Part shown: in pieces, positions 46,544 through 58,578 of the stretch
Position numbering within the stretch: the first letter of the stretch is position 1
How the letters are laid out: each line of letters starts with the position of its first letter
Made by a program: the position numbers and the translations under genes
From: Candidatus Levyibacteriota bacterium
GTDB lineage: Bacteria; Patescibacteriota; Microgenomatia; Levybacterales; UBA12049
Direction: 5' to 3'
Assembly (NCBI GenBank): GCA_003152105.1
Contig: PLZJ01000003.1
Coordinates: 6,899 to 70,898 of the forward strand
Length of the DNA stretch: 64,000 nt
The notes under the pieces: model-generated
What the model saw: only the letters and a program-made list of their open reading frames with translations
Told to the model about the DNA's origin: nothing
Databases searched by the model: none

Positions 46544-48319
46544 CTACTCTTGAGCAACTCTGAGGACTTCCTCAACAGTAGTAGCTCCTGCGAGTACCTT
46601 TAAATATCCATCCTGCTTCATGGTTATCATACCTTCTTCAATTGCTTTCTTTTCTATAGTAGTACTATCTGCTTTTTCAATAATGAGTTTTACAATACTG
46701 TCTGAAATAACTAATATCTCAAATATACCAACTCTACCAAGATATCCTGAATCACCACATTGACTACATCCTTTGCCCTTAAAAAACTTAATATCATTTG
46801 CGTTTTGTGGAAATAGCTTACCAAGTACCACCTTCATTTGTTCAATAATTGGATTTGGTGGAGCAAATGATATTTTGCAATGCTGACAAATCTTTCGAAC
46901 TATACGCTGTCCAAGTATTGCGTTCATGGTTGACGCAAGTAAAAAGCTTTCAGCACCAAGATCAGTAAGTCTTGGAAGTGCTCCAGCTGCATTTGAAGTA
47001 TGAAGGGTTGAAAAAACTAAATGACCAGTAAGTGCTGCTTGCACAGCAAGTCCTGTTGTTTCAGGATCTCTAATTTCACCAACTAAAATGATATTTGGAT
47101 CTTGTCGTAAAAAAGATCGAAGACCTGAGGCAAAAGTAAGACCTACTGCAGGATTTATTTGTACTTGATTAACTCCGGCCATTTGATACTCAACAGGATC
47201 CTCAAGTGACATTATATTAACACGTGCTGTATTGAGCCTTGATAAAACCGCGTAAAGTGTTGTAGTTTTTCCACTTCCGGTTGGTCCGCAAACAATTATT
47301 ATGCCATGTGGTCGAAGCATTGATGTTTCTAGATTTCGAAGCGCGGGCCCAGCCAAACCGAGTTCTCCAAGCGTTGGAACCCCTCCGCTTTTTCGAAGAA
47401 GTCTCATAACGATTTTTTCACCTGTAACAGTTGGAAGGACTGATACGCGAAGATCTACCTCTTCTTTTCCAACTTTAAAATTAAATCTTCCATCTTGAGG
47501 GATTCTATGTTCATCTATTTTCATTTCTGAAAGTATTTTGATACGAGAAATTAACGCTTCTTGTACGCTTTTTGGGAGCGTTAACTTATCGTATAAAATT
47601 CCGTCAATTCTATAACGAACACGAACTCTATTTTCCTGTGGTTCAATATGCACATCTGAAGCTCTACTTGAAACGGCAAAATCTAAAATTGTTGAAACAA
47701 TTTTTGCAATTGGTGCTTCTTTAATAATATCTCCAATTTTTGCACTATCTACTGTTGGGGCTTTATGTTCAATTTGTGTTTCTTTTATGGCTTCAGTGAC
47801 TTCACCAACAAGCTCTTGTCTGTATTGTTCTTCAATAGCTGTTTTTATTTCTGGTTCTGATGCTGCAAATGATTTTATGACACACCCTGTTTTTTGTTGC
47901 ACAAATGAAACAGCATCCAAATCAACTGGATTTGCCATAGCAATGGAAAGTGTATTTGACTTATCATCAAATAAAAATGGGATGAGTAGAAACCGCTCAG
48001 CAACACTCCTTGGGATTAAATTTAATGCTTGAGGAGAAAAAGCTGTTGTTGCAAGTGAGATGTAGGGAATACCAAACATTTGTGCTCTTGCTTCAGCAAT
48101 TTTTTCAACAGGAATAGTATGCATTTCCGAAAGCACCTCTTCAGACGTTTTACCCGTCATTGCAGACTGTACTTTTACTTGATCATATTGAGTTTTTGAA
48201 ATAGCTTGCTCATGTAACAAAATATCGAGTATTGAATTCGAACTTACTGAAGAAAGTCCTGCTCCATTTTCATTAATTGGAACATCAGGTATAGGAGGGG
48301 TTACAACAAGATCAGGCAT
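46544..48319 (-). CDS. pilB: Assembly ATPase PilB
   Basis: ASDVHIEP, PQDGR, GPTGSGKTTTLY, LRQDPNIILVGEIRD and tetracysteine motif; start reassigned to MPDLVV. Confidence 0.97.
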   Translation of the reverse strand: MPDLVVTPPIPDVPINENGAGLSSVSSNSILDILLHEQAISKTQYDQVKVQSAMTGKTSEEVLSEMHTIPVEKIAEARAQMFGIPYISLATTAFSPQALNLIPRSVAERFLLIPFLFDDKSNTLSIAMANPVDLDAVSFVQQKTGCVIKSFAASEPEIKTAIEEQYRQELVGEVTEAIKETQIEHKAPTVDSAKIGDIIKEAPIAKIVSTILDFAVSSRASDVHIEPQENRVRVRYRIDGILYDKLTLPKSVQEALISRIKILSEMKIDEHRIPQDGRFNFKVGKEEVDLRVSVLPTVTGEKIVMRLLRKSGGVPTLGELGLAGPALRNLETSMLRPHGIIIVCGPTGSGKTTTLYAVLSRLNTARVNIMSLEDPVEYQMAGVNQVQINPAVGLTFASGLRSFLRQDPNIILVGEIRDPETTGLAVQAALTGHLVFSTLHTSNAAGALPRLTDLGAESFLLASTMNAILGQRIVRKICQHCKISFAPPNPIIEQMKVVLGKLFPQNANDIKFFKGKGCSQCGDSGYLGRVGIFEILVISDSIVKLIIEKADSTTIEKKAIEEGMITMKQDGYLKVLAGATTVEEVLRVAQE

Positions 48320-48392
48320 TATAGTAATAGTATCATACCTATAATCGGTGTCAATCATAAACGACAATAGTTCATGATACAATCGAGGCATT

Positions 48393-49064
48393 ATGATAAG
48401 CACCATAGTTATCGGTAGTAGTCCTGAAAAAAGAATAGCGGCAGTACTGCAAATATGCAGTAGCGAAGGAATTGATGCGCTAGATATTGCAGTTTACAGC
48501 ATGTATGAGGAAGTAAAAGGAAAAAAAACAACGGTTTTAGGTATAGAAAATATACGAGAAGCTTCTGAAAATATGCATCTTTCTCCTTTTAAAGGGGAAC
48601 AAAAAGCACTCATATTTCATGCCGAAGATATTACCATACAAGCGCAAAATGCACTACTTAAAGTATTTGAAGAACCACCAAGACACACCACAATTTTCTT
48701 GTCTCTTACAAACAGTACAAATCTTCTTTCAACTATCTTATCCAGATCAAAACTACAACAACTTGAGGAAACGATATTGGTAGATGACGCAAGTTTTAAA
48801 AAGTTACAGGATATTTTAACTCTTTCACTACCTGCAAAGCTCAAAATGGCACAGGACATAGGAAAAGACAAAGGTGAAGCATTATTTTTTCTTTATGGAA
48901 TTTTGACCTCTTATGAGAAAGCATTATATGCACAAGATGAAAAGGTAGCTTTTTCGAATACTGAGCTTGTGATACTTAAAAAAATTCAAAACGCCTATCA
49001 AACAATAACAAAAACAAATGTTTCACCGCGCTTTGTTTTAGAACATTTATTTTTATCACTGTAA
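48393..49064 (+). CDS. holB: DNA polymerase III delta-prime-like subunit
   Basis: AQNALLKVFEEPP and LLSTILSR. Confidence 0.8.
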   Translation: MISTIVIGSSPEKRIAAVLQICSSEGIDALDIAVYSMYEEVKGKKTTVLGIENIREASENMHLSPFKGEQKALIFHAEDITIQAQNALLKVFEEPPRHTTIFLSLTNSTNLLSTILSRSKLQQLEETILVDDASFKKLQDILTLSLPAKLKMAQDIGKDKGEALFFLYGILTSYEKALYAQDEKVAFSNTELVILKKIQNAYQTITKTNVSPRFVLEHLFLSL

Positions 49065-49499
49065 TTTACCAAGACTTCTAAGCTTTTTTCTAATTTTTTG
49101 CCCTTCATACAAATGTCTTTTATAAAATGGGACACGAACAACAGGGAAACCTTTTTCTTCAAAAATGCCATTTGACCATTCATTTTGACCAAATGTTACC
49201 TCAAAGTTGGAAACAAGTTTTGTTATGTCTTTAAACCATTTTTCATCACTAGGTGAATCTGCTAGACCGTAGATATTAGCAACTCTGTCTTTTATTCCAA
49301 GTTCAGCAATTTTTTCCTCAACCCATTTCCTTCTTTTGTCATATGAATAAGGATTATCATTATCATGTTTATCAATGCTTCCTATTATAATAGTGATTGT
49401 TTTAGCATGTTTTAACGATTCAGTTATAAGATATAAGTGGCCTTTATGCAGTGGTTGAAATCTACCAATAACGAGTCCATGTTTCCATTTTGCTATCAT
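49056..49499 (-). CDS. Nicotinamide-nucleotide adenylyltransferase-like protein (cytidylyltransferase family)
   Basis: IGRFQPLHKGH, IIIGS and DNP.S...R. Confidence 0.85.
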   Translation of the reverse strand: MIAKWKHGLVIGRFQPLHKGHLYLITESLKHAKTITIIIGSIDKHDNDNPYSYDKRRKWVEEKIAELGIKDRVANIYGLADSPSDEKWFKDITKLVSNFEVTFGQNEWSNGIFEEKGFPVVRVPFYKRHLYEGQKIRKKLRSLGKLQ

Positions 49500-49559
49500 A
49501 TTGTAATAGTATTATATAGTAACGGTTGTAGAAATATGTAAATAAATTTGGTAGAATAA

Positions 49560-51521
<1,962 letters not shown>

Positions 51522-51547
51522 ATATATAATAGTAGATGCAATAGATT

Positions 51548-51739
51548 ATGGTGAAGTTTGTTTTAGCGGCAATATTTTTTGCAGTTTCGGCAATAGTTTA
51601 TTTTGTAAACAATACCGTTGTCGCGAATAATCCAACCTTCCAAGAAGGATTAGATTTATTATTATCAATCGCATTTATTGGATGCAGTGTCTATTTTTTT
51701 GTAAAACACGAGGGGGTGAAAAAAGAACATGAATTATAA
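51548..51739 (+). CDS. Small two-TM membrane protein
   Basis: Two hydrophobic helices; fills the gyrB-ppa gap. Confidence 0.6.
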   Translation: MVKFVLAAIFFAVSAIVYFVNNTVVANNPTFQEGLDLLLSIAFIGCSVYFFVKHEGVKKEHEL

Positions 51740-52250
51740 ACAGCTAAAAACAGGAAAAAATCCAAACGAAGGAGAACTGAATGTATTTATAGAAATACCA
51801 AAGGACTCAAGTATTAAATATGAATTAGATAAAGAATCTGGGGTTATTATGGTAGATCGATTTCTCTATACTGCAATGGCATTTCCTTTTAATTATGGAT
51901 TTGTGCCACAAACACTTGCTGAAGATGGTGATCCGTTAGATGTATTAGTACTTGCAGATAAATCAGTTGCACCAGGAACTGTCATGCCTTCAGTGGTAAT
52001 TGGCATGCTCGAAATGGAAGACGAAGCAGGCATTGATACAAAGATTCTCTGTGTTCCAACAGAAAAAATTGATCCACTCTTTGGAGCATATAAAGACATT
52101 ACAGATGTACCTTTGGCATTAAAACAAAAAATTAAGCATTTTTTTGAAAACTATAAAACACTTGAAAAAGGTAAATGGGTAAAATTAAAAGATTTCTTAG
52201 GAAAGGATCTTGCACTCGAAGCAGTGAAGAAATCACTCACTTCTGCCTAA
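51729..52250 (+). CDS. ppa: Inorganic pyrophosphatase (family I)
   Basis: IEIP, KYE, YGFVPQTL, DGDPLDV and FFENYK.LE. Confidence 0.97.
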   Translation: MNYKQLKTGKNPNEGELNVFIEIPKDSSIKYELDKESGVIMVDRFLYTAMAFPFNYGFVPQTLAEDGDPLDVLVLADKSVAPGTVMPSVVIGMLEMEDEAGIDTKILCVPTEKIDPLFGAYKDITDVPLALKQKIKHFFENYKTLEKGKWVKLKDFLGKDLALEAVKKSLTSA

Positions 52251-52297
52251 AAATGCCCAATTTCGAGTATAGTAAACTGCTTTAGAAAGGTAATAGT

Positions 52298-54832
52298 ATG
52301 GATATTGGAAAAATTAATAAAATAGAAATTACAAAAGAAGTTAAAAAAGCGTACTTAAATTACGCTATGTCAGTTATTGTTTCCCGTGCGCTTCCTGACG
52401 CAAGAGATGGTTTAAAACCAGTACACAGAAGAATTCTTTTTGCCATGCATGAAATGAATTTAACGCATACAGCAAAATATGCAAAAAGCGCAAAAATCGT
52501 CGGAGAAGTTATGGGTAAATACCATCCTCATGGCGATGTGCCTATTTATGATTCACTTGTTCGACTTGCGCAAGACTTTGCAATGCGTTATCCTCTCATT
52601 CAAGGACAAGGTAACTTCGGTTCTATTGATGGCGATCCTCCTGCTGCAATGCGTTACTCTGAAGCCCGAATGGCAGCAATTACCTCAGAACTTCTTGCTG
52701 ATTTAGATAAAGAAACCGTTGATTTTATTCCAAACTTTGATGGTTCAGAAAATGAACCAGTGTACATGCCAGCAAAACTTCCCAATTTACTGCTCATGGG
52801 ATCTGAGGGTATTGCGGTTGGTATGGCAACTAAAATTCCTCCACATAATTTAACTGAGGTAATTAATGCAATTACTTACATGATTGGGAAAACGACTGTT
52901 TCTGATCCTTCAAAAAAGCCAACTGCAAAAAGTAAAGCAATAGAGGAAGATACGAATGAAACAAAAGCAAATGCGCTAACAATTACCTCAGACGTAAGTG
53001 TTGAGGAACTCCTTGAATACATTAAAGGTCCTGATTTTCCAACTGCAGGTAGTATTTATGACTGGAGTGAAATACGAAATGTTTACACAACCGGTCGCGG
53101 AAAAATCCTAATTCGAGGCAAAGCTGATATTGAAGAAATAGGACAAGGAAAATCTGCAATTATTATCACTGAACTTCCTTATCAGGTAAATAAAGCACTC
53201 CTTGTTGCCAGAATTGCACAACTGGTCAAAGAAAAGAAACTAGATGGCATTACCGATCTTCGAGATGAGTCAGACAGGCATGGTATACGAGTTGTGATAG
53301 AACTAAAACGTGATACAACTCCCAAAAAAGTACTCAATAATCTGTTCAAACACACAACTTTGCAAACTAGTTTTCCAGCAAATATTGTAGCGCTCGTAAA
53401 TGGAACTCCACAAACGCTCAATTTAAAAGCAATTCTTGAGGAATATTTAAGACATCGATATATCGTTATTCGAAGAAGATCTGAATTTGAACTTAGACAA
53501 GCAAAGGCAAGAGAACACATCCTAGAAGGATTAAAAATTGCTGTAGATCATATTGACGAGGTAATAAAAACTATTCGTGCATCACAAACACAAGAAGAAG
53601 CAAAACAAAACTTAATGAAAAACTTCAAATTGTCAGAACTACAAGCAGTTGCCATATTAGATATGCAACTTCGACGACTTGCAGCGCTTGAGCGAAAAAA
53701 GATTGAAGATGAATTAAAATCTGTCAGAGAAACAATAGCGTTTTTAGAAGATCTACTCGCACATGGAGAAAAAATACTCGATGTAATCAAAACTGAACTT
53801 GCACACATTAAAGATAAATATGGCGATGCAAGACGAACAAAGGTATATAAAGGAAAAGTTGGTGAATTTTCAGAAGAAGATCTTATTCCAAATGAATCAA
53901 CCGTCATAACGCTTACTGCTACTGGCTATATTAAAAGACAAAGCATGACCTCTTTTAGAACACAACATAGAGGTGGAAAAGGAGTAAAAGGAATGACTAC
54001 AAAAGATGAAGATACAATCGCACACATTCATTACGCACAAACCCATGACTTTATTCTCTTTTTCACAAACAAAGGGAAAGTATATCAACTCCGTGCATTT
54101 GAAATTTCTGAAACGCAGCGAACAAGCAAAGGTACTGCAATTGTTAATTTATTAAATATTGAAGCTGGTGAAGTTGTTGAATCATTTATTACCTATAAAA
54201 AGGACGAGATAAAGAATAAAAATATCTTCTTAACAACAAGAAAAGGAACAGTTAAAAAAACAAAAGTTTCTGAGTTTGAAAATATACGTCGCTCTGGCAT
54301 TGTTGCCATACGACTTGATAGCGGAGATGAGCTTGTATGGAGTTTGCTCACTGATGGAACAGCAGACATTTTGCTCATTACTCGAAACGGCAAAGCAATC
54401 AGGTTTACCGAAAGCGCAGTCAGACCTCTTGGACGAGCAACACAAGGAGTTCGGGGCATTAAACTAAAGGCTGACGATTATGTTATTGGCATGGATATTA
54501 TTGAAAAAGGCAAGAAACACGATGTACTTGTTATTATGGAAAATGGACTTGGAAAAAGAACAACGTCTGAGATGTTTAGAAATCAAAGTAGGGGAGGACA
54601 AGGTGTACTGCTTGCAAACGTAACACAAAGAACTGGAAAAGTAGCAGTAGCACAAATACTTCCTCCTGATACAAATGGACTTATTATCACTTCAAAAAGA
54701 GGACAGGTTGTCAAGCTCTCAACAGATACTATTCCAAAATTATCAAGAGTCACGCAGGGCGTTATACTTATGCGCTTCTCAAACACAAATGATAAAGTAG
54801 TATCAGCAACAAGCGTTGAATCTGAAACATAA
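52298..54832 (+). CDS. gyrA: DNA gyrase subunit A
   Basis: RALPDARDGLKPVHRR, YHPHGD, AAMRY and GyrA-box QHRGGKG. Confidence 0.98.
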   Translation: MDIGKINKIEITKEVKKAYLNYAMSVIVSRALPDARDGLKPVHRRILFAMHEMNLTHTAKYAKSAKIVGEVMGKYHPHGDVPIYDSLVRLAQDFAMRYPLIQGQGNFGSIDGDPPAAMRYSEARMAAITSELLADLDKETVDFIPNFDGSENEPVYMPAKLPNLLLMGSEGIAVGMATKIPPHNLTEVINAITYMIGKTTVSDPSKKPTAKSKAIEEDTNETKANALTITSDVSVEELLEYIKGPDFPTAGSIYDWSEIRNVYTTGRGKILIRGKADIEEIGQGKSAIIITELPYQVNKALLVARIAQLVKEKKLDGITDLRDESDRHGIRVVIELKRDTTPKKVLNNLFKHTTLQTSFPANIVALVNGTPQTLNLKAILEEYLRHRYIVIRRRSEFELRQAKAREHILEGLKIAVDHIDEVIKTIRASQTQEEAKQNLMKNFKLSELQAVAILDMQLRRLAALERKKIEDELKSVRETIAFLEDLLAHGEKILDVIKTELAHIKDKYGDARRTKVYKGKVGEFSEEDLIPNESTVITLTATGYIKRQSMTSFRTQHRGGKGVKGMTTKDEDTIAHIHYAQTHDFILFFTNKGKVYQLRAFEISETQRTSKGTAIVNLLNIEAGEVVESFITYKKDEIKNKNIFLTTRKGTVKKTKVSEFENIRRSGIVAIRLDSGDELVWSLLTDGTADILLITRNGKAIRFTESAVRPLGRATQGVRGIKLKADDYVIGMDIIEKGKKHDVLVIMENGLGKRTTSEMFRNQSRGGQGVLLANVTQRTGKVAVAQILPPDTNGLIITSKRGQVVKLSTDTIPKLSRVTQGVILMRFSNTNDKVVSATSVESET

Positions 54833-54843
54833 TGTAAAAGCGC

Positions 54844-55689
54844 ATGAAACTTGATGGAAAAATACTTGCACAAGAAATCTATAACCAACTTTTAGTAAAA
54901 GTAAAAAAGAGTAAAAAAAACGGCAGCACCCCAACACTTGCAGTACTTCTTATTGGCGATTTGCTACCTTCTAAAATCTACGTAGAACAAAAACAAAAAC
55001 ATGCAAAAGCTATTGGCGCAAAAGTAGTCGTATATACCTATCCAACGACCGTAAAAAAAGAAACACTGCTTAAAAAACTACTCATCCTCAATAATGATAA
55101 CAAAACACATGGCATTATTATCCAACAACCATTACCAAGCCATTTGTCCGCAGATGAACTTTTACATGTTGTAGAAAATGAAAAAGACGTTGATGGACTT
55201 GCAAAAGAAACAAATTTTGTTTTTCCTCTCTCACTTGCGCTCCTTCGCGTATTACAAGAAGTGTTTGATTTGGAAAAAGCAAAAGGAACATTTATGTCCT
55301 GGCTTTTAAAACAGCGTATTGTTATTGTTGGTAAAGGAAAAACAGGAGGAGGACCTTTATTTCATACGCTTACTAAACTTGGCGTAAAGCCGCAAGTTGT
55401 TGATAGTAAAACAAAAAATGCGTTAGTGCTTTATAAAAACGCAGATATTGTAATTTCTGCAGTTGGTAAGAAAAACGTGGTAACAGGGAAAATGATAAAA
55501 AAAGGCGCAATTGTTATTGGCGTTGGACAACATAGGGAAAATGATGGTAAGTTACACGGCGATTTTAATCAAACTGATATAGCAAAAGTAGCAAAATATT
55601 ATACGCCAACACCAGGTGGTATGGGTGCATTAAACGTTGCATTTTTGATGGAAAACGTTGTCAAAGCAGCAAAGCAGCAAAAGAAATAA
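54844..55689 (+). CDS. folD: Methylenetetrahydrofolate dehydrogenase/cyclohydrolase
   Basis: LDGK..A, YVEQK, HGIIIQQPLP, EKDVDG and TPTPGGMG. Confidence 0.93.
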   Translation: MKLDGKILAQEIYNQLLVKVKKSKKNGSTPTLAVLLIGDLLPSKIYVEQKQKHAKAIGAKVVVYTYPTTVKKETLLKKLLILNNDNKTHGIIIQQPLPSHLSADELLHVVENEKDVDGLAKETNFVFPLSLALLRVLQEVFDLEKAKGTFMSWLLKQRIVIVGKGKTGGGPLFHTLTKLGVKPQVVDSKTKNALVLYKNADIVISAVGKKNVVTGKMIKKGAIVIGVGQHRENDGKLHGDFNQTDIAKVAKYYTPTPGGMGALNVAFLMENVVKAAKQQKK

Positions 55690-55732
55690 TAATATTGACA
55701 ATTAAAACAATTTAGATCACTATATAGCTAAG

Positions 55733-56197
55733 ATGGTAAAAATAATATCAGTTGATCCAGAAGCAAATAGACGTAAAAGAGAAGCAGCTTATAGTAAGTT
55801 CATGGCAAGCTTTTCTGCAATGGATTCATTTAGTAAGTTAATGGCAGTTACGTTTGTTATTTTGCTCATTTTAACCCCTATTGTTGTCTTTAATACGCAG
55901 CTATATACTACCTCACAAAACGCCTCATCTGAGTTTAAAATAACTTCTCCTCTTAATAACTCTATAGTGCTTAAAAATGCGCAAGTATCTGTGGAAGCAG
56001 CTGCTACTGATCCTACAATTACAAAAGTTGATATGTATGTACAAGGAAAATTCTTATGCGAATCAGTAGCTAAACCATTTTTATGCATATGGGAAGTGCC
56101 TAATTTAAGTGACCAACAGTTCGTCATTCAAGCAAAAGCATTTACCAGTTCCCAAGAGCTACCTGAACAATCAATAACCGTTTCAACAGGGCATTAA
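55733..56197 (+). CDS. Membrane-anchored Ig-like (Big) domain protein
   Basis: TM helix followed by ITSP.NN...V.V.A...ITKVDMYV.G...PF...W...IQAKA. Confidence 0.75.
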   Translation: MVKIISVDPEANRRKREAAYSKFMASFSAMDSFSKLMAVTFVILLILTPIVVFNTQLYTTSQNASSEFKITSPLNNSIVLKNAQVSVEAAATDPTITKVDMYVQGKFLCESVAKPFLCIWEVPNLSDQQFVIQAKAFTSSQELPEQSITVSTGH

Positions 56198-56292
56198 ACC
56201 CTCCTTTTTTTCGTGCGTATTTAGGCACGATTTAATCTTATAGTTTGATTTTTGGCTTCTTTTTGGGTATAATTACCTTTTACCAATTTCTT

Positions 56293-56790
56293 ATGAAAAA
56301 CGTAAAACAACGACTACTTGACTTAAAAAACCTTCGTTTTGAAGTAAAAGATGCAATGCGTTATGACGACGTAGGTGATTATTATGGAAACACCATTGTT
56401 ACCTATGATATGCAAGATGATATTGTTAATAATGCGATTTTAATCCATGAATTTATTGAATATACGCTCATTCGATCAGCTGGACTTTCTTCAGAACTGA
56501 TTGATCTTTTTGATAATGATGACGATGCTCCTGATAAGTTTCCAAAAGAATACAAATTATATAAAAAGTTCCATAATATGGCAAATAAGGTTGAGAGACA
56601 ATTTATTGAAAATTTAGGCCTCTCGTGGAAACGACATGACAATATTATCTATACTACGCCAGTAACCGTTGCAAAAGCAGTGCAACATATTACCGATACT
56701 ATGCATAAACATCAAAATGAAGTAAATGATCGAAAAATTGAAAAAGCAAAACACGTTGTTGAGGAAAGTGCAGAAAAAAAATCTTCGTAG
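56293..56790 (+). CDS. Hypothetical protein with HExxE...H...E metallopeptidase-like motif
   Basis: DVGDY, LIHEFIE and FHNMANKVE. Confidence 0.6.
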   Translation: MKNVKQRLLDLKNLRFEVKDAMRYDDVGDYYGNTIVTYDMQDDIVNNAILIHEFIEYTLIRSAGLSSELIDLFDNDDDAPDKFPKEYKLYKKFHNMANKVERQFIENLGLSWKRHDNIIYTTPVTVAKAVQHITDTMHKHQNEVNDRKIEKAKHVVEESAEKKSS

Positions 56791-56794
56791 GCTT

Positions 56795-58204
56795 TTATTT
56801 AATTTCTCCAACCTTTACGTTAAAAGGAAGTTGATATAACCCTCGTTCGAGTCCGTAATTTAGCCGATTTATAATAGAACTTGAGTAATCAAGGGAAAGG
56901 TAATCATCTTTTGGTCGGTAATAAGCTCCCACAAACGAAAAACCTTCAACGTTTTTATACAACCGGGTAATTGCCTCGTCAATTGATTTGCCAAAACCAG
57001 TAACAACTGCTAAATTCCAATCTGATCCAACGCAAACAAGTCCACCTTTGTTTGTTTTCTTCACATCCCAAAGCCATAAGTCTTTTTCTATTTCTGGTCT
57101 ATAATCAATCGTCATATTTGCGGAAACCTGATTATCTTCCTCATCAGTATTCATATTAAATATACGCACACTTGTTGCAACTGTTCCGAGCGTAAATGGG
57201 TTTTGTTTTGCAACAATTTTTTCAAAGAATTCATGCACATGTCCGCACTGAGCAAGTTCTGTAAAAATAGTGTTGTATCCAGGTCTATTTGAACAAAATT
57301 CACCAAAATATATTTTTCCATCCCGTTTAGAAATAAGTAGTGATGCATCCCAGATAAAGAGTCCTTTATGTCTTTTTGCCATTTGATCAACAATTTCTGG
57401 AAAGGCAATTTTATTAATACGATCATCCATGTATGTTGGAAAAACAAGATCTTGCGAACAGCCAGTTTGTACGGATAAATTTCCACTTCCAAATGACTTG
57501 TTCTCTAAATCTATACTTGTTCCCAAAGGCACACCATCATAATAAAGCTTCTCAGGCGTAAGTTCTATAATACCAGGAACAAATTCTTCAAGAATAAAAC
57601 CAAGTTTTTCATATTTATCTGGAAAGTTATCAAGCATTTCAATAATTTGATTTGATGCAAGTCGACTATCTGTTGAATCAGGAACAAAGGTTGGCGCACT
57701 GTCGTGTTGCCCTTTGAGTACCCAAAATTCTTCACTGTCTTTTAAGAAATTAATTCCCTCTTTTATAGAGTTAAATTCCTTTACGCGTGGGGTATAGAGC
57801 TTTCCATAATGTTCTTTTACAAATTCCTTTGCCTTATCACGATCTACTTCAAACATGTAGTCTTCTTTTGTAGGGAAATTACCTTCAAATCCAAGATCTT
57901 TTACTTTATCAGCCCAGCGGTACAAATTATTTTCTTCAAAGAACACAAAATAATTATGAGGATCTTTAATATCTTTCATCTTTTCAACTAACTTATTTGC
58001 TTCTTGAACTGGGAGGAGGCCTTTAAACAGTTCTAGTCTTCTTTTTTTATCAAAATCGCTTTCGTATGCTTTATCCACTTCTTCTTCCATAACATAATCT
58101 TTTACATCTTCAATCATGCCAATTGTTACCTCAAAACCTTCTTGTTGCAGCTTATATGCAATGGGGAGTGAAAGACCAGAAAAAGAGATAAAAATATATT
58201 TCAT
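56795..58204 (-). CDS. Divergent PurD-like ATP-grasp ligase
   Basis: E.DR..AK, WVLKG, FILEEFVPG.IE, ENK.FGSGNL..QTG, EF.SNRPGY and YYR.D resemble the GAR synthetase fold but lack the PurD N-terminal GSGGREHA. Confidence 0.7.
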   Translation of the reverse strand: MKYIFISFSGLSLPIAYKLQQEGFEVTIGMIEDVKDYVMEEEVDKAYESDFDKKRRLELFKGLLPVQEANKLVEKMKDIKDPHNYFVFFEENNLYRWADKVKDLGFEGNFPTKEDYMFEVDRDKAKEFVKEHYGKLYTPRVKEFNSIKEGINFLKDSEEFWVLKGQHDSAPTFVPDSTDSRLASNQIIEMLDNFPDKYEKLGFILEEFVPGIIELTPEKLYYDGVPLGTSIDLENKSFGSGNLSVQTGCSQDLVFPTYMDDRINKIAFPEIVDQMAKRHKGLFIWDASLLISKRDGKIYFGEFCSNRPGYNTIFTELAQCGHVHEFFEKIVAKQNPFTLGTVATSVRIFNMNTDEEDNQVSANMTIDYRPEIEKDLWLWDVKKTNKGGLVCVGSDWNLAVVTGFGKSIDEAITRLYKNVEGFSFVGAYYRPKDDYLSLDYSSSIINRLNYGLERGLYQLPFNVKVGEIK

Positions 58205-58251
58205 TAACTAAACTATTGTAACCCTTTTTACTAAAAAATGTAATATGTTTT

Positions 58252-58575
58252 TTATGATGAAAGCGAAGAAATATCGTGTTCTAGTTCTTTTACAATAAGT
58301 GTCAGGGCGTGTCTTAACTTTTCTTCAATTGCAATACTTCTTTCTTTTAAAAATTCCCAAAGCTCCTCATAATCTCCTTCTGCTTCTTGATCAATAAAGT
58401 GTTTTTTATCACTTTCTGAAAGATGATCTAAGATAGTATGCATTGCAGTATTTCGAAGTGTGAGTTCAAAAAGTTCCTGTAAATGCGCTTTTTCTGTCGT
58501 ATCTATGGGAAGAGAATCTAATTTCGCATAGATAGTTTCCGCATGTACTAAATGACTATAAAAATATGTTTTCAT
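58252..58575 (-). CDS. Hypothetical helical protein
   Basis: Clean ORF 3 nt downstream of 58579..59463. Confidence 0.65.
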   Translation of the reverse strand: MKTYFYSHLVHAETIYAKLDSLPIDTTEKAHLQELFELTLRNTAMHTILDHLSESDKKHFIDQEAEGDYEELWEFLKERSIAIEEKLRHALTLIVKELEHDISSLSS

Positions 58576-58578
58576 ATA

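Noticed and set aside
56795-58204. Annotation as purD
   Set aside because: It lacks the GSGGREHA motif and any purine-pathway context, so it is reported only as PurD-like.
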